Origin: Lentisphaerota bacterium
Lineage (GTDB): Bacteria; Verrucomicrobiota; Kiritimatiellia; RFP12; JAAYNR01
NCBI GenBank assembly: GCA_016873675.1
Contig: VGWG01000003.1
Coordinates: 3,626-67,625 of the forward strand
Length of the DNA stretch: 64,000 nt
Reading direction: 5' to 3'
Made by a program: the position numbers and the translations under genes. Under the pieces are notes generated by a model. That model was not told the origin of the DNA and did not search any database. It saw only the letters and a program-made list of their open reading frames with translations. This document shows, piece by piece, positions 1 through 10,472 of this stretch. Positions within the stretch are counted from its first letter, which is position 1. Every line of letters starts with the position of its first letter.

Positions 1-1191
<1,191 letters not shown>

Positions 1192-1232
1192 CGCCTGCGT
1201 CCTTCATTTCATCGTGCGTATTTCAAATGGTT

Positions 1233-1859
1233 TCACGGGGCGGGGCATGAGGCCCGGTCCGTCAGTCCGGCCATCACCGTCTCGGCCAGGGCGTCACAGA
1301 CAAACGGCAGATTCCGGATGATCGCGGCATGTCCTTCCGCATTGGCCAGATCGCTCACACCCTTCACGAGGTGGCACGCCGCGCCACGTTCCCGGCAGAG
1401 GCTGACGACCGCAAATCCCTCCATGTCCACCAGCTCCGCAACTGTGGCGAGCGCCTGCCGCCGTCTGGCATCGAAGACCGGCTCGCCGACCGTCGCGAGA
1501 CGCGCCCGCTGCAAGCCCATCCAGGGACCCGTGGGCAGGCTCACCCCGGCGGTGGTCGTGCCCGCCAGCCATGCGTCGCCATCCAGCGCCTCGCTCACGG
1601 AAAACAGCGCGCCCGGCTCGCCACCGCCCAAGGAACCGCAAATGCCCGTGTTGATGACTCGGTCCGCATCCGGCTGGTCGAGCGCATACGCCGCCGCCCG
1701 CCGCGCTGCGGCGGCGCCCATGCCGCTGACGACAATGAGCCCGCCACCGGCCAATGCGAAGCGCCACGTGTCGAAGGGCCGCGCGGGAATGGGTTCGGCC
1801 GCCAGTCGCTCCAGCAACGGGCGGGCTTCCAGGTGGGTGGCAAGGAGCACGGCAATCAT
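1233..1859 (-). CDS. PNP/UDP-1 family nucleosidase. It resembles an MTA/SAH nucleosidase or a futalosine hydrolase (MqnB).
   Basis: 208 aa with MIAVLLATHLEARPLL, GMGAAAARRAAAYAL, VINTGICGSLGGG and DMEGFAVV, all typical of the nucleoside phosphorylase-I fold. There is a 4-nt overlap with the upstream gene. Confidence 0.6.
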   Translation of the reverse strand: MIAVLLATHLEARPLLERLAAEPIPARPFDTWRFALAGGGLIVVSGMGAAAARRAAAYALDQPDADRVINTGICGSLGGGEPGALFSVSEALDGDAWLAGTTTAGVSLPTGPWMGLQRARLATVGEPVFDARRRQALATVAELVDMEGFAVVSLCRERGAACHLVKGVSDLANAEGHAAIIRNLPFVCDALAETVMAGLTDRASCPAP

Positions 1860-2230
1860 GGTGATGTCTGTTCGGCGTCATCGGCCGATTTGGCTTTGAA
1901 ACGGAGGCACAGATCGGTCGCCTGGGTTTCTCGGTTCGTGATCCCGCACCGCTGGCTGAACGGATTGACCACAAAATGCGCGCACCACCCGCAGCATGTG
2001 CGGCGTTCGTCGTCGGCAAAGATATTCAGCAGAGACGGCTTATCCGCCGCCGTGAATACCTTCGGCCGCTCGGCGGCGGCGGCAAAAGGCGCGGCGTCGG
2101 CATAGCGATGACCGCACGCCGTGCAGACCACCTCCTCGCCGACCCGCTGAAAACCCTCGTAAACCGGCTCGATCCGCGCCCACGCGGTCTGTCCGCACGC
2201 CGTACATTCGATTTCGCGAGAACTGCCCAT
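1856..2230 (-). CDS. Small CxxC zinc-ribbon-like hypothetical protein.
   Basis: 124 aa with two CxxC pairs (CTACGQ...CTACGH) plus CCGWC. It is translationally coupled (ATGA) to the downstream nucleosidase gene. Confidence 0.45.
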   Translation of the reverse strand: MGSSREIECTACGQTAWARIEPVYEGFQRVGEEVVCTACGHRYADAAPFAAAAERPKVFTAADKPSLLNIFADDERRTCCGWCAHFVVNPFSQRCGITNRETQATDLCLRFKAKSADDAEQTSP

Positions 2231-2367
2231 AACGGCCGATAGCTTAGCCTATTATCGCCGCTTCGCGCAATTCGCAATCTTGAACGATACGTCGCACCCG
2301 GCAGCGAACCGTGTCGCGCTTCGTGCTCTTCCCGTCCACCAACCGCTCAGGCCGACTCGCTCGGACG

Positions 2368-3576
2368 TTAGAGAAACCGACTGATCGACTCCCCCAGCCG
2401 CTGCTCCAGCCACGGCGTCACCTTCCACAGGTCGCGCAGCGCGCGATATTCCGCAACGGCGTCGCCCTGACCGGGCGCCACGCCGTATTCGGCTCGAATC
2501 AGGAGGTTCTTGGCGGTCGCGTCGTGCGTGACGAATTCGACGATCTTCACACGATAGCCCAGGATGCGAAGCATTTGCGCGCGGAAAGTGTCGGTGAGCA
2601 GGTCGGCCAGCCGTTCGCGCAAAATGCCGTGCCGCAACATCGCCTTCATGGCTCCGCCCCCCGACAGCCCTTTGTTGAGTTCATGCTGGCAGCACGGCGC
2701 GCAGAGAATCCGGGGGCATTTCCACTCGACCGCGCGGGCCAGCGCCTCGTCGGTCGCCGTGTCACAGGCGTGCAGGCTGATCGTCAGGTTGGGCCGTACG
2801 TCCAGCGTGCTGTCGGCGAGTTCCCCCGCGACAAAGCGCACATCCTCATTCACGCCGAGATCGGCCGCCAGCCGTCGCGCGGCGGTGATCAACTCGACAT
2901 TGCGATCAATGCCGCGCACCTTGACGGAGCGCTTCCGCGCGTGCGTCAGATAACAATAGGCTGCAAACGTGATGTAGGCCTTGCCGCACCCGCAATCGGC
3001 GATGATGATCTCGTCCTCGGACCCTTTCCCGTCCGCGTCCCCGACCGTCGTGTCCAGAATCCGAAGGAACGCATTGACCTGATCGTATTTGCCCCGCATC
3101 GACGCCTTGATCCGGCCATCGGCATCGGCAATGCCCAGCGCTTTCAGCAGCGGCGCGGAATCAAAGTCGGTCAGCGGCTGTTGCTTGACCCGGTCGTGCG
3201 GCAGCGCCTCTTCGGCCTCGCGCGCCAGCGGCTTGCTGCGGGAGACCAGCTCCCGTCCCTTGTGCGTCACGCGGATATGGAGGTCGGCCGAGGCCGTCTG
3301 CACGTGCAGCTCGCGCGCGCCCGGCTGGCGGATGACCTCCTCGATGGCGGCGCGCGCGTCGGCGGCGTCCAGATTGGTGACGGTGATCCGGCCCGCCTCG
3401 CCCGTTTCGGCCTGCAGCACCCGCCCGGTCTTCAGCTCGACCGGCCGGAAACTCACGCGCGACAGGCGCCCGCCGTAACGCGCGACCTGCGTCAGCCGCA
3501 TAAAACCCGGCTCGTCAAACACGCGGCTACGCACCTCGTCTGCCAGCACCGCGCTCAATCCATCACTCGCTCCCAT
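2368..3576 (-). CDS. Class I SAM-dependent methyltransferase.
   Basis: It carries the SAM-binding motif IIADCGCGKAYITFAAY. The longest ORF runs to 3645, but a start at MGASDG (about 3576) avoids overlap with the upstream gene. The start is uncertain. Confidence 0.65.
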   Translation of the reverse strand: MGASDGLSAVLADEVRSRVFDEPGFMRLTQVARYGGRLSRVSFRPVELKTGRVLQAETGEAGRITVTNLDAADARAAIEEVIRQPGARELHVQTASADLHIRVTHKGRELVSRSKPLAREAEEALPHDRVKQQPLTDFDSAPLLKALGIADADGRIKASMRGKYDQVNAFLRILDTTVGDADGKGSEDEIIIADCGCGKAYITFAAYCYLTHARKRSVKVRGIDRNVELITAARRLAADLGVNEDVRFVAGELADSTLDVRPNLTISLHACDTATDEALARAVEWKCPRILCAPCCQHELNKGLSGGGAMKAMLRHGILRERLADLLTDTFRAQMLRILGYRVKIVEFVTHDATAKNLLIRAEYGVAPGQGDAVAEYRALRDLWKVTPWLEQRLGESISRFL

Positions 3577-4783
3577 GTCCGCTCCCTTGCGCCAGCCGTT
3601 CGAACCGGGCGGCCGCCTGCGCCACAAACGCCCGTTTTTCCACATACGATCCGGGAAAGAACGCCCCTTTGAATCCGGCGAGCACCAACTGTTTCACGCC
3701 CGCAATGTCGAGTTTGCAGCAATCCGCCACGCGGCACAGTTCCGCCGTCACCGTCGTGTGCGAGACCAGCCGGTTGTCGGTCGCCACGGCCACCGGAAGC
3801 TGCCGTTCGATCATCCGGCGCACCGGGTGGTTGGCCAAATCGCCACCCAGCTCAGGCATGGTCTGCAGGTTGCTCGTCGGGCAGACCTCGATCGTGATGC
3901 GCCGCGTGGCGATGTATTCGACCAGCGCGTTGACATACCCCTCGCGGTCGGCGATGGCGGCGCTGGCGATCCGGTCCGGGGCAAAAAGCCAGGTGCCGTG
4001 CCCGATTCGCTCGGCATGGCAGAGAGTGATCGCCTCATAGATCGATTCGGGGCCGTACGCCTCGCCCGCATGAACGGTCTTGCGCAGAAACCGGCTGTGC
4101 GCCTCCTGATAGGCGGCAGCGTGGTGCCCGGCGCGGTAGCCGGCCTCTTCACCCGCGAGGTCAAAACCCACAACGGGGAGGCCGTCGCGGTCGCGGCTAG
4201 CCACGGCCACCCGCGCCATCTCCTGGGACGCCAGGGCCACGATCTGCTTGTGCGGCATGCTGGGAAAGGCATCGAGCAGGGCGTCGTAATAGCCGCTCAT
4301 CCCCCGCTGAAAATTGCGCATCGCGCAGCAAATGATGCCCGATACGAACGGCATGTCCGCGCCGGAAGCCACAGCCACGCTGGCGCGGAAGTGACGCGCC
4401 GCCCGCGACAGCCCCGCCGCCACAGCCTGCAACACCCCGCCCAATTCACAGCCGCGCGTGACGAGCAACTGGGGCGCCAGCCGGACCTCCATGTAGCGCA
4501 CCCCATCGGTGATCGCATCTTGCGCCAGCTCATACGCCACCCGCTCAAGGGCCTCGCCATCCCGCATCACGGCGCAGGTATACTGAAACCCCTGCAAATA
4601 ATCGGCCAAGTCACGGTAAACCGGCTTGAACACCAGCTCCCGCAAGCCCGCTGGCGACTGAGAGGGAAGCGCAACGCCCCGTTCCCGCGCCAGCTCGATC
4701 AACGTCTCCAGACGCAACGATCCGTCCAGATGGACATGAATGTCGCTCTTCGGCGCCCGCGTGATCAGTTCGTGTAACGTCAT
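3563..4783 (-). CDS. add: Adenosine deaminase (amidohydrolase superfamily).
   Basis: 406 aa with HVHLDGS, HAGE...GP, ERIGHG and CPTSN, the hallmark ADA metal-binding motifs. Confidence 0.8.
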   Translation of the reverse strand: MTLHELITRAPKSDIHVHLDGSLRLETLIELARERGVALPSQSPAGLRELVFKPVYRDLADYLQGFQYTCAVMRDGEALERVAYELAQDAITDGVRYMEVRLAPQLLVTRGCELGGVLQAVAAGLSRAARHFRASVAVASGADMPFVSGIICCAMRNFQRGMSGYYDALLDAFPSMPHKQIVALASQEMARVAVASRDRDGLPVVGFDLAGEEAGYRAGHHAAAYQEAHSRFLRKTVHAGEAYGPESIYEAITLCHAERIGHGTWLFAPDRIASAAIADREGYVNALVEYIATRRITIEVCPTSNLQTMPELGGDLANHPVRRMIERQLPVAVATDNRLVSHTTVTAELCRVADCCKLDIAGVKQLVLAGFKGAFFPGSYVEKRAFVAQAAARFERLAQGSGHGSE

Positions 4784-4820
4784 GTGTAGAGAGTATACAA
4801 TGCCCGCCTCTCGGCCGCCA

Positions 4821-4850
4821 GTAATTCTAATTTTGGTAATTCTAATTTTG
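4821..4850. repeat. Perfect 2x15-bp tandem direct repeat (gtaattctaattttg x2) in an AT-rich promoter region.
   Basis: Read directly from the sequence. It lies 38-67 nt upstream of the add start codon (minus strand) and shows a local GC drop. Confidence 0.8.
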
Positions 4851-4894
4851 GTCGTCGATATCGGTAGCCAAATCGGCGTCTAGCGTGGCGTTTG

Positions 4895-5860
4895 TTAGCA
4901 CGATGCCTGTTCTTCTTGCTTCCCCGCGTCGCGCGGATATTCGCGAAACCCGACAGCCCACCCCTTATCCTGCCAAAAGTGCTTTTCATATGCCGCATAC
5001 CAATCGCGCGCCAGATCGGGCCAGAGCTCCGGCGCGAAAATCAGCGTGTGCGAATTGCCGGTGCCGCGGCTGCATTCAAAAACCTGGCCGGTGCGGTAAT
5101 CAGCCACGTAGGGCGGCAACCCGTGTGAGTCGAGCATGGGACCGGTAAAGGCACGCCGTTCGCGGTTCACGAAGTCGCGCACGTCCAGATCGAGCAGCGC
5201 CGCCGCCCGCTGGATGCAAGCCACGGCGCAAATGACGTCGATCGGATAGCACTCGCCCGGGTAATCCTCGATCAGGCCCGTGGGCGATGCGTCGAGCGTG
5301 GCGCGCAGCGTCTGGACCTGGTCGCGCAGCAGGGGCAGGTGTTGGCGGTCACCGGTGAGGCGGGTGTAGCTGGTGACACCGGCGATCAGCAACGACCGGA
5401 AGAAGCAGTTCTGGTTGTGCAGATAGTCATCGCCCCAGTGCTGCCGCACCCAGGTGTGATGCACCGGATCGAGGATCACGGCTATCGCCGCATCAATCGC
5501 CGGCCGCGCATAGACCGCCGGCGCCGGACCGCGACGGGCCGGGTTCTGCTTCTCCCAATCGGCCTGCAGCGCTTCCGTCGCCCACAGATAGAAGACCGAA
5601 CCGAAGATCGGCCATTCCGTCCGCGGCACATCGTGCAGCGGTAGATGCCCGGCGCGACCCGAAGCGATCCGTTCGCGCGCCCACGCCGTGAAGCGCGGCG
5701 CCAGCGTGCGATGCAACAGCCAGGCCTGCTGCGGAATCCCCGGATCGCGCAAGGCCGGATCGCACAGGTTGACGCAGACGATCACCCGGGCACCAGAAAG
5801 AAATAGAACGCCCCCGCCGCCAGCGCCCCCGCATACACCTGCCGAACCCGCCGCCACCAT
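4895..5860 (-). CDS. Hypothetical protein. The N-terminus is low-complexity and Gly-rich, so the start is uncertain.
   Basis: 321-aa ORF in the same orientation as, and 48 nt downstream of, the B12-rSAM gene. No motif was recognised. Confidence 0.4.
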   Translation of the reverse strand: MVAAGSAGVCGGAGGGGVLFLSGARVIVCVNLCDPALRDPGIPQQAWLLHRTLAPRFTAWARERIASGRAGHLPLHDVPRTEWPIFGSVFYLWATEALQADWEKQNPARRGPAPAVYARPAIDAAIAVILDPVHHTWVRQHWGDDYLHNQNCFFRSLLIAGVTSYTRLTGDRQHLPLLRDQVQTLRATLDASPTGLIEDYPGECYPIDVICAVACIQRAAALLDLDVRDFVNRERRAFTGPMLDSHGLPPYVADYRTGQVFECSRGTGNSHTLIFAPELWPDLARDWYAAYEKHFWQDKGWAVGFREYPRDAGKQEEQASC

Positions 5861-5908
5861 TCATCTCGGCTCGACGCATCATTCATGTTTCTTTCCTTCC
5901 CAATTAGA

Positions 5909-7351
5909 CTACGTTGTCATACGTTGGCCGGATAGGCGCGGCGCTACGCGCCCGCCGTGTGCATCATCCTGCCGGTCCCGTAGCAACCGACCTACTGGCT
6001 GCTCGGGTTCGCCGCCATAGGCGACCCACTTGGCCAAGCGCGCCACATTACGCATCCCCACCAGATGTCCCAGCATGGAAGCCGGGCGGCCAAATTTCCG
6101 GTAGAGGAGATTGAATTCCAAATATGCCCGCACCTGGGCCGTCGCGGTTGGCCAACGACGTGCGATCCCTTCCCAGGAGTAGAACCGGCGGTACATCCAC
6201 CGATGCCCCTGCTCCAGGTCTGTCGCCGACATGCGCGCCGGGCGAAAAACGGCGTGTGCCGTGTTGTAGTGTTCGTAATCGCGATCAATAATACGTCCTT
6301 CGGATGCCAATTGCGTGTGCAGCACGGTCCCCGGATATGGAGTGAGGATGTGCGCCGTCATGGAGGAGACGCGATTGCGCAACAACCAGTTCAACGTGTC
6401 GGGAAAGACATCCGGCGTGTCCTCATCAAAACCAAACACCATGCTGGCGTTGACCAACATGCCGCGCGCATGAATCCGGGCAATGGTGGCGTCATACTCC
6501 TCCGGCCGGTTTTGACCCTTTCCGCACCCCTGCAGGGCGGCGCGGCGCACGGTTTCAAAACCAATGAACAGACTCTTGCAGCCACTGGCCGCCATTTCGT
6601 CGAGCAAGTCCTCGTGTCGGCCAATGTCCGCCGAGACCGCTGTGTGCCACGTCAGATTCAGCGGCCGCAGCGCAGCTACTAATTCTCGTGTCTGTGCTGG
6701 ATTTCCCAGAAAGTTGTCGTCAATGAACATCACATGTCGCGTGCCCAGACTCTCGATCTCGCGCAGCACATGGCTGACGGGTTTCATGCGATACCGTGCG
6801 TCAATATTGGGAGAGCTGTTATAGCAGAAAGAACAACGCCACGGACAACCGCGCCCGGCTGTCAGCGTATTGGTAAACAGGTAACGTTGGGCATCGAGCA
6901 GTTCCCATCGTGGCACAGGGGAATCGGCCGGATCGACCAGTCGTGTGTTGCGATAGCATCGCTGCAGACACCCGGCCTCGACATGTTGCAGCAGTTCCGG
7001 CCATAAATACTCGGCTTCGCCAATCACCACGGCATCACAGTGCAGCAGGCAATCCTCCGGACAGGCTGTTGGATGAATGCCACCCATCACAACCGGGATG
7101 CCACGCCGCCGGTAGTCGGCCGCGATACGTGAAGCTCGAAGAAACGTATCGGCCTTGACCGTGATGCCAACCAAATCCGGCGTATCACTCCAATCCAGCG
7201 GCTGCACGTTCTCGTCCACCACTGTTACCCGATGCCGGTGGGGGGTCAGCGCGCCCAGCACCAGCAGGGCCAGCGGCGGTGCCATATGCGTCTTCCAGTC
7301 CGAATCCATCGGACGCCGCGTCACGGCCGGCGAGATCAGTTTGATCCACAT
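5909..7351 (-). CDS. B12-binding-domain radical SAM protein (class B radical SAM).
   Basis: 480 aa. The N-terminus has a cobalamin-binding-like region (GIPVVMGGIHPT). It is followed by CPWRCSFC (a CxxxCxxC radical SAM cluster motif) and a C-terminal region. Confidence 0.8.
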   Translation of the reverse strand: MWIKLISPAVTRRPMDSDWKTHMAPPLALLVLGALTPHRHRVTVVDENVQPLDWSDTPDLVGITVKADTFLRASRIAADYRRRGIPVVMGGIHPTACPEDCLLHCDAVVIGEAEYLWPELLQHVEAGCLQRCYRNTRLVDPADSPVPRWELLDAQRYLFTNTLTAGRGCPWRCSFCYNSSPNIDARYRMKPVSHVLREIESLGTRHVMFIDDNFLGNPAQTRELVAALRPLNLTWHTAVSADIGRHEDLLDEMAASGCKSLFIGFETVRRAALQGCGKGQNRPEEYDATIARIHARGMLVNASMVFGFDEDTPDVFPDTLNWLLRNRVSSMTAHILTPYPGTVLHTQLASEGRIIDRDYEHYNTAHAVFRPARMSATDLEQGHRWMYRRFYSWEGIARRWPTATAQVRAYLEFNLLYRKFGRPASMLGHLVGMRNVARLAKWVAYGGEPEQPVGRLLRDRQDDAHGGRVAPRLSGQRMTT

Positions 7352-7367
7352 GGTTGTGTTTTCCTCA

Positions 7368-8117
7368 CTATCGTGGCGCGCCCAGGGCTCCGAGCCACGG
7401 ACACATCACCTGAAACCAGAGATGCTCGAAGAAGTTGCTGGAAAAGGCGGCCGGATTCCAGAACGTGATCGCCAGATCCGGGCGTTGCACAAATGGACTC
7501 AGCAGCCAGGCGCACTGCGTGCCGACCAATCCCGTGGTCAGCACCCACGCCACCAGCACCCGCCACGCCACGCCGCAGTTCGGGGTCAGCGCGCGCAGCA
7601 GGCGGAACAAGCGCGCGTAGCCGACCACCCCGGCACACCCGACACTGATCACCAGCGCTGACAACAACACGCGATACGCCGCCAGGCCTCCGGACGCCTC
7701 CGGTCGCGGCGCCTGCGTGACCAGATAGGCCACCACCGGCGACAGCGACGCCAGCAGAACGGCGGTGATGGACATCGCCCCCAAGACACACCGACGCAAC
7801 TGCCGCACCGAGAGACCGCCGCCCAACAGCCAATTCAGCATGGTATTTGCCGCCACGCTCAGCCAGACCACGGCGTGCAGCATCAGCGGCATCTTGATGG
7901 CTCCGTACAGCGCCTGCCAGGGCGATCGCCAGCAGCCAAATGCCGCGCCAAACGCCGCCATGCCGAGAACAATCAGCAGGCTCCAGCCGAGGGAGAACAG
8001 CTCCGTGCTACGGTCTTCGCGCAACGCATCGACCAACGATTTCTCCATGCGGCACAGCCGCACGGGATCCATGGCCCTGCGTAGACCTCCGCTGGCACCG
8101 TTGCTTGGTCCGCACAT
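7368..8117 (-). CDS. Polytopic membrane protein, one of a tandem paralog pair. Possibly Yip1-like.
   Basis: The start was chosen at MCGPSN (8117), which has an aaggag RBS 8 nt upstream. The longest ORF runs to 8195 but would overlap the upstream gene by 56 nt. It is clearly similar to the next gene (LGMAAFGAAFG versus LGMAAYGVVVG, and others). Confidence 0.5.
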   Translation of the reverse strand: MCGPSNGASGGLRRAMDPVRLCRMEKSLVDALREDRSTELFSLGWSLLIVLGMAAFGAAFGCWRSPWQALYGAIKMPLMLHAVVWLSVAANTMLNWLLGGGLSVRQLRRCVLGAMSITAVLLASLSPVVAYLVTQAPRPEASGGLAAYRVLLSALVISVGCAGVVGYARLFRLLRALTPNCGVAWRVLVAWVLTTGLVGTQCAWLLSPFVQRPDLAITFWNPAAFSSNFFEHLWFQVMCPWLGALGAPR

Positions 8118-8139
8118 CTGCGCTGCTCCTTTGCGTCTC

Positions 8140-8880
8140 CTAATTAAACCAGGCATGCAGGAAGAAATCCCGCGGCGCAAAATCCCATCCCTCAAAGGGT
8201 CCCATCAGCGGCCGCAAGGTGGTCGTCATCTGGAGACACACGACGACAAAGATGATGCACCAGACCGGGAGCGCCTGCATGAACGTGCCGTTTAAATCGA
8301 CCAGCCAACCGCCCAGTCGCCGTAGCGCAAACACGCACGAGATCAGCCAAAGCAGAACATGCATTCCGCCCATAAAGCCGGCGGAATGCGTGGACTGCGT
8401 GAAGATCCACGCGACCGGCGCAAAGCCCGCCATCAAAACCACCAGCAGAGCCAGCGAAGCAGCCAGCAACCCGGTCAGATCGCGCGCCGACTGCCGGCCG
8501 CCGGACAGGCAGAGCAGAATGTAAAGACTGGGCCAGCAGATTACAGCGGACGCCAGCAAACCGCCTGCCAGTTTCACCGGCACAATCGCGATCTGCATGT
8601 CACCCGGAAACAGCCCCACGACTACGCCGTAGGCCGCCATGCCCAGAAGCCCCATGACGGTGAGTTGCCGCGTCAGGTATCCGCTGTCGGCGCCGGTCAA
8701 ACCCGCCGCCAGGCGGTCGGGTTGCTTGAGCAACGCATCCAGAATCGCGCCCCAACCGCGTATCGGACGACGGTCAACAACACGGACCGGAAACCCTAGA
8801 AGCGGCGGCGGAAGTTGCTGATCGAGAACATCTTCTGCGCCGATGCTGTTGTCTTTGACAGGATCTTGTTCTGTACTCAT
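8140..8880 (-). CDS. Polytopic membrane protein, paralog of 7368-8117.
   Basis: Start at MSTEQD (8880), giving an ATGA overlap with the upstream gene. It has multiple hydrophobic helices and similarity to the preceding ORF. Confidence 0.5.
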   Translation of the reverse strand: MSTEQDPVKDNSIGAEDVLDQQLPPPLLGFPVRVVDRRPIRGWGAILDALLKQPDRLAAGLTGADSGYLTRQLTVMGLLGMAAYGVVVGLFPGDMQIAIVPVKLAGGLLASAVICWPSLYILLCLSGGRQSARDLTGLLAASLALLVVLMAGFAPVAWIFTQSTHSAGFMGGMHVLLWLISCVFALRRLGGWLVDLNGTFMQALPVWCIIFVVVCLQMTTTLRPLMGPFEGWDFAPRDFFLHAWFN

Positions 8881-10040
8881 GATGGATCTCCTTTGCATTG
8901 CGGCCGCCACAGGCCAAAGACCATGGCCACGGCTGCACACTCCCAACCAAACGGGCCATACCCGGCAAATCCCAGCAACGGCATCTCGAAGACGTAGAAG
9001 CGACCGACATACGGCACGTCATAGACCCAGCGCGCCAAGCTGTACATGTTCCACATCTCCCAAAAACCTCCGCAGATCACCGCCGCCAGAGAAAGACGCA
9101 CGAGCGTGCGCCAGTCGCCGCGTCCCAGATCATCAAACAGCGTCTCCTGACCCGCCGCCGCCAACAACCCGCACAGCACGGCCAGCGGGGCCAGCCAGAG
9201 CAGTGGAAAGAGCACATTCGGAAACACGGGCAGGAGAAAGAGTCCGGCAGCCCCTGCCAGCGCAAATCCTGCGCCAGCCAGCCGCGGACGCGCAAACCGA
9301 ATGCGGCCCCAATCCTCCAGTCCGGCGGTCAGACGCGGCATCGTGGCCAGCCAGTCGTGCGTGCCCAGCACCGCCGGCAGCACCGTGGTGAAGGAAAGCG
9401 TGGCCATGAGCGCATACTCGAACGGCGAGAAACGTTCCACGTTCTGATAGAACCAGTTCTGCACGCTGCGATTGAGAAACTCGAATCCCCACCAGAAAAC
9501 CGCACTGCAGGCCGCCAATCCCGCGAGCGCGGCAGGCCGGCGCGTGAGCCAGCACGCACCCGCGCGGCGTTGCGTCAGCCCCAGAATCGTCACAATGTAC
9601 CCCATCCAAAGGAACACGTAGGTGTGGCGCTGGATCGGCGCGAGCGCCGGAATGCGAGTCCACGCAACCCCCCACGCCATCAGCATCCAGCCGAGTCCCG
9701 CCCAGCCCCATGCGGGCATTCCAAACCGGTCCGCAAAGCGGCCGTGGCGCGTTCCGATCGCGCATGACAGGGGGTCGGCGCGCATCACACGCCACACTAC
9801 CGGCAGAACCACCGCCACAATCGCCAGCGCCAGACCCACCCAAACCCACCCCACAAACGGCGCATGCTGCACGATCACCCGCTGCGGCGGGAATTCGAGC
9901 CAGACCGATGCCGGCAGTCCGACCCAGCGACCACCGGCTACCGGCAGCGCCACGATCAGCGCCAGCGCCAGCACGGCCACCGACAGGCGGCGCGCACGCC
10001 CGTCCATATTGGCAGAGTACTTTGCATGACAGAGTTTCAT
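8877..10040 (-). CDS. Integral membrane protein (387 aa), hypothetical.
   Basis: About 9-10 hydrophobic segments; W/G/F-rich (YVFEMPLLGFAGYGPFGWE). It is translationally coupled to the downstream membrane-protein pair. Confidence 0.5.
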   Translation of the reverse strand: MKLCHAKYSANMDGRARRLSVAVLALALIVALPVAGGRWVGLPASVWLEFPPQRVIVQHAPFVGWVWVGLALAIVAVVLPVVWRVMRADPLSCAIGTRHGRFADRFGMPAWGWAGLGWMLMAWGVAWTRIPALAPIQRHTYVFLWMGYIVTILGLTQRRAGACWLTRRPAALAGLAACSAVFWWGFEFLNRSVQNWFYQNVERFSPFEYALMATLSFTTVLPAVLGTHDWLATMPRLTAGLEDWGRIRFARPRLAGAGFALAGAAGLFLLPVFPNVLFPLLWLAPLAVLCGLLAAAGQETLFDDLGRGDWRTLVRLSLAAVICGGFWEMWNMYSLARWVYDVPYVGRFYVFEMPLLGFAGYGPFGWECAAVAMVFGLWRPQCKGDPS

Positions 10041-10097
10041 GACGTCACCTTGTCTTTCTTATTCCTATCGCCTGAAACCTGACACCTGGTCAACGCG

Positions 10098-10472
10098 CTA
10101 CGCCCGCACCGGCGCTGCCAGCGTCGTGCGCGCTGGCGCGTTTGCTCGCCGGGCCGCCCGGCGGGCCTCCTGCAACACCGACTCCAGTGTCTCCAGATAC
10201 TGGTGAAAGCGCGTCAGGCCTCCTCGCGTCAGCACAATCGTGGTGCGCGGCTTATCATTCACAAAAGCCTTTTGCACGCGAACGATCCCCGCCTCCTCCA
10301 GTGTCTTGAGATGGCGGTTGAGATTGCCGTCGGTCAAGCGGCAGGTGTCGCGCAGTTCCGTAAAGGCGAGTCCGTTGCGGGCCGTGCAGAGCGCCGATAA
10401 AATCGCGAGGCGCTTCGGCTCGTGAAACAGGCGCTCCAAGGCACCGGCCGGGTCATGCAGGGAATCCGTCAT
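10098..10472 (-). CDS. Winged helix-turn-helix transcriptional regulator (ArsR/MarR-like).
   Basis: LAILSALCTARNGLAFTELRDTCRLTDGNLNRHLKTLEEAGIV is a typical wHTH recognition helix. Start taken at MTDSLHD. Confidence 0.6.
   Translation of the reverse strand: MTDSLHDPAGALERLFHEPKRLAILSALCTARNGLAFTELRDTCRLTDGNLNRHLKTLEEAGIVRVQKAFVNDKPRTTIVLTRGGLTRFHQYLETLESVLQEARRAARRANAPARTTLAAPVRA

Noticed and set aside
2311-4777. Long plus-strand ORFs 2311-3672 (453 aa) and 3575-4777 (400 aa).
   Set aside because: They are exactly antisense to the methyltransferase and adenosine deaminase genes, which have strong motifs. The translations are R/G/P-rich without motifs.
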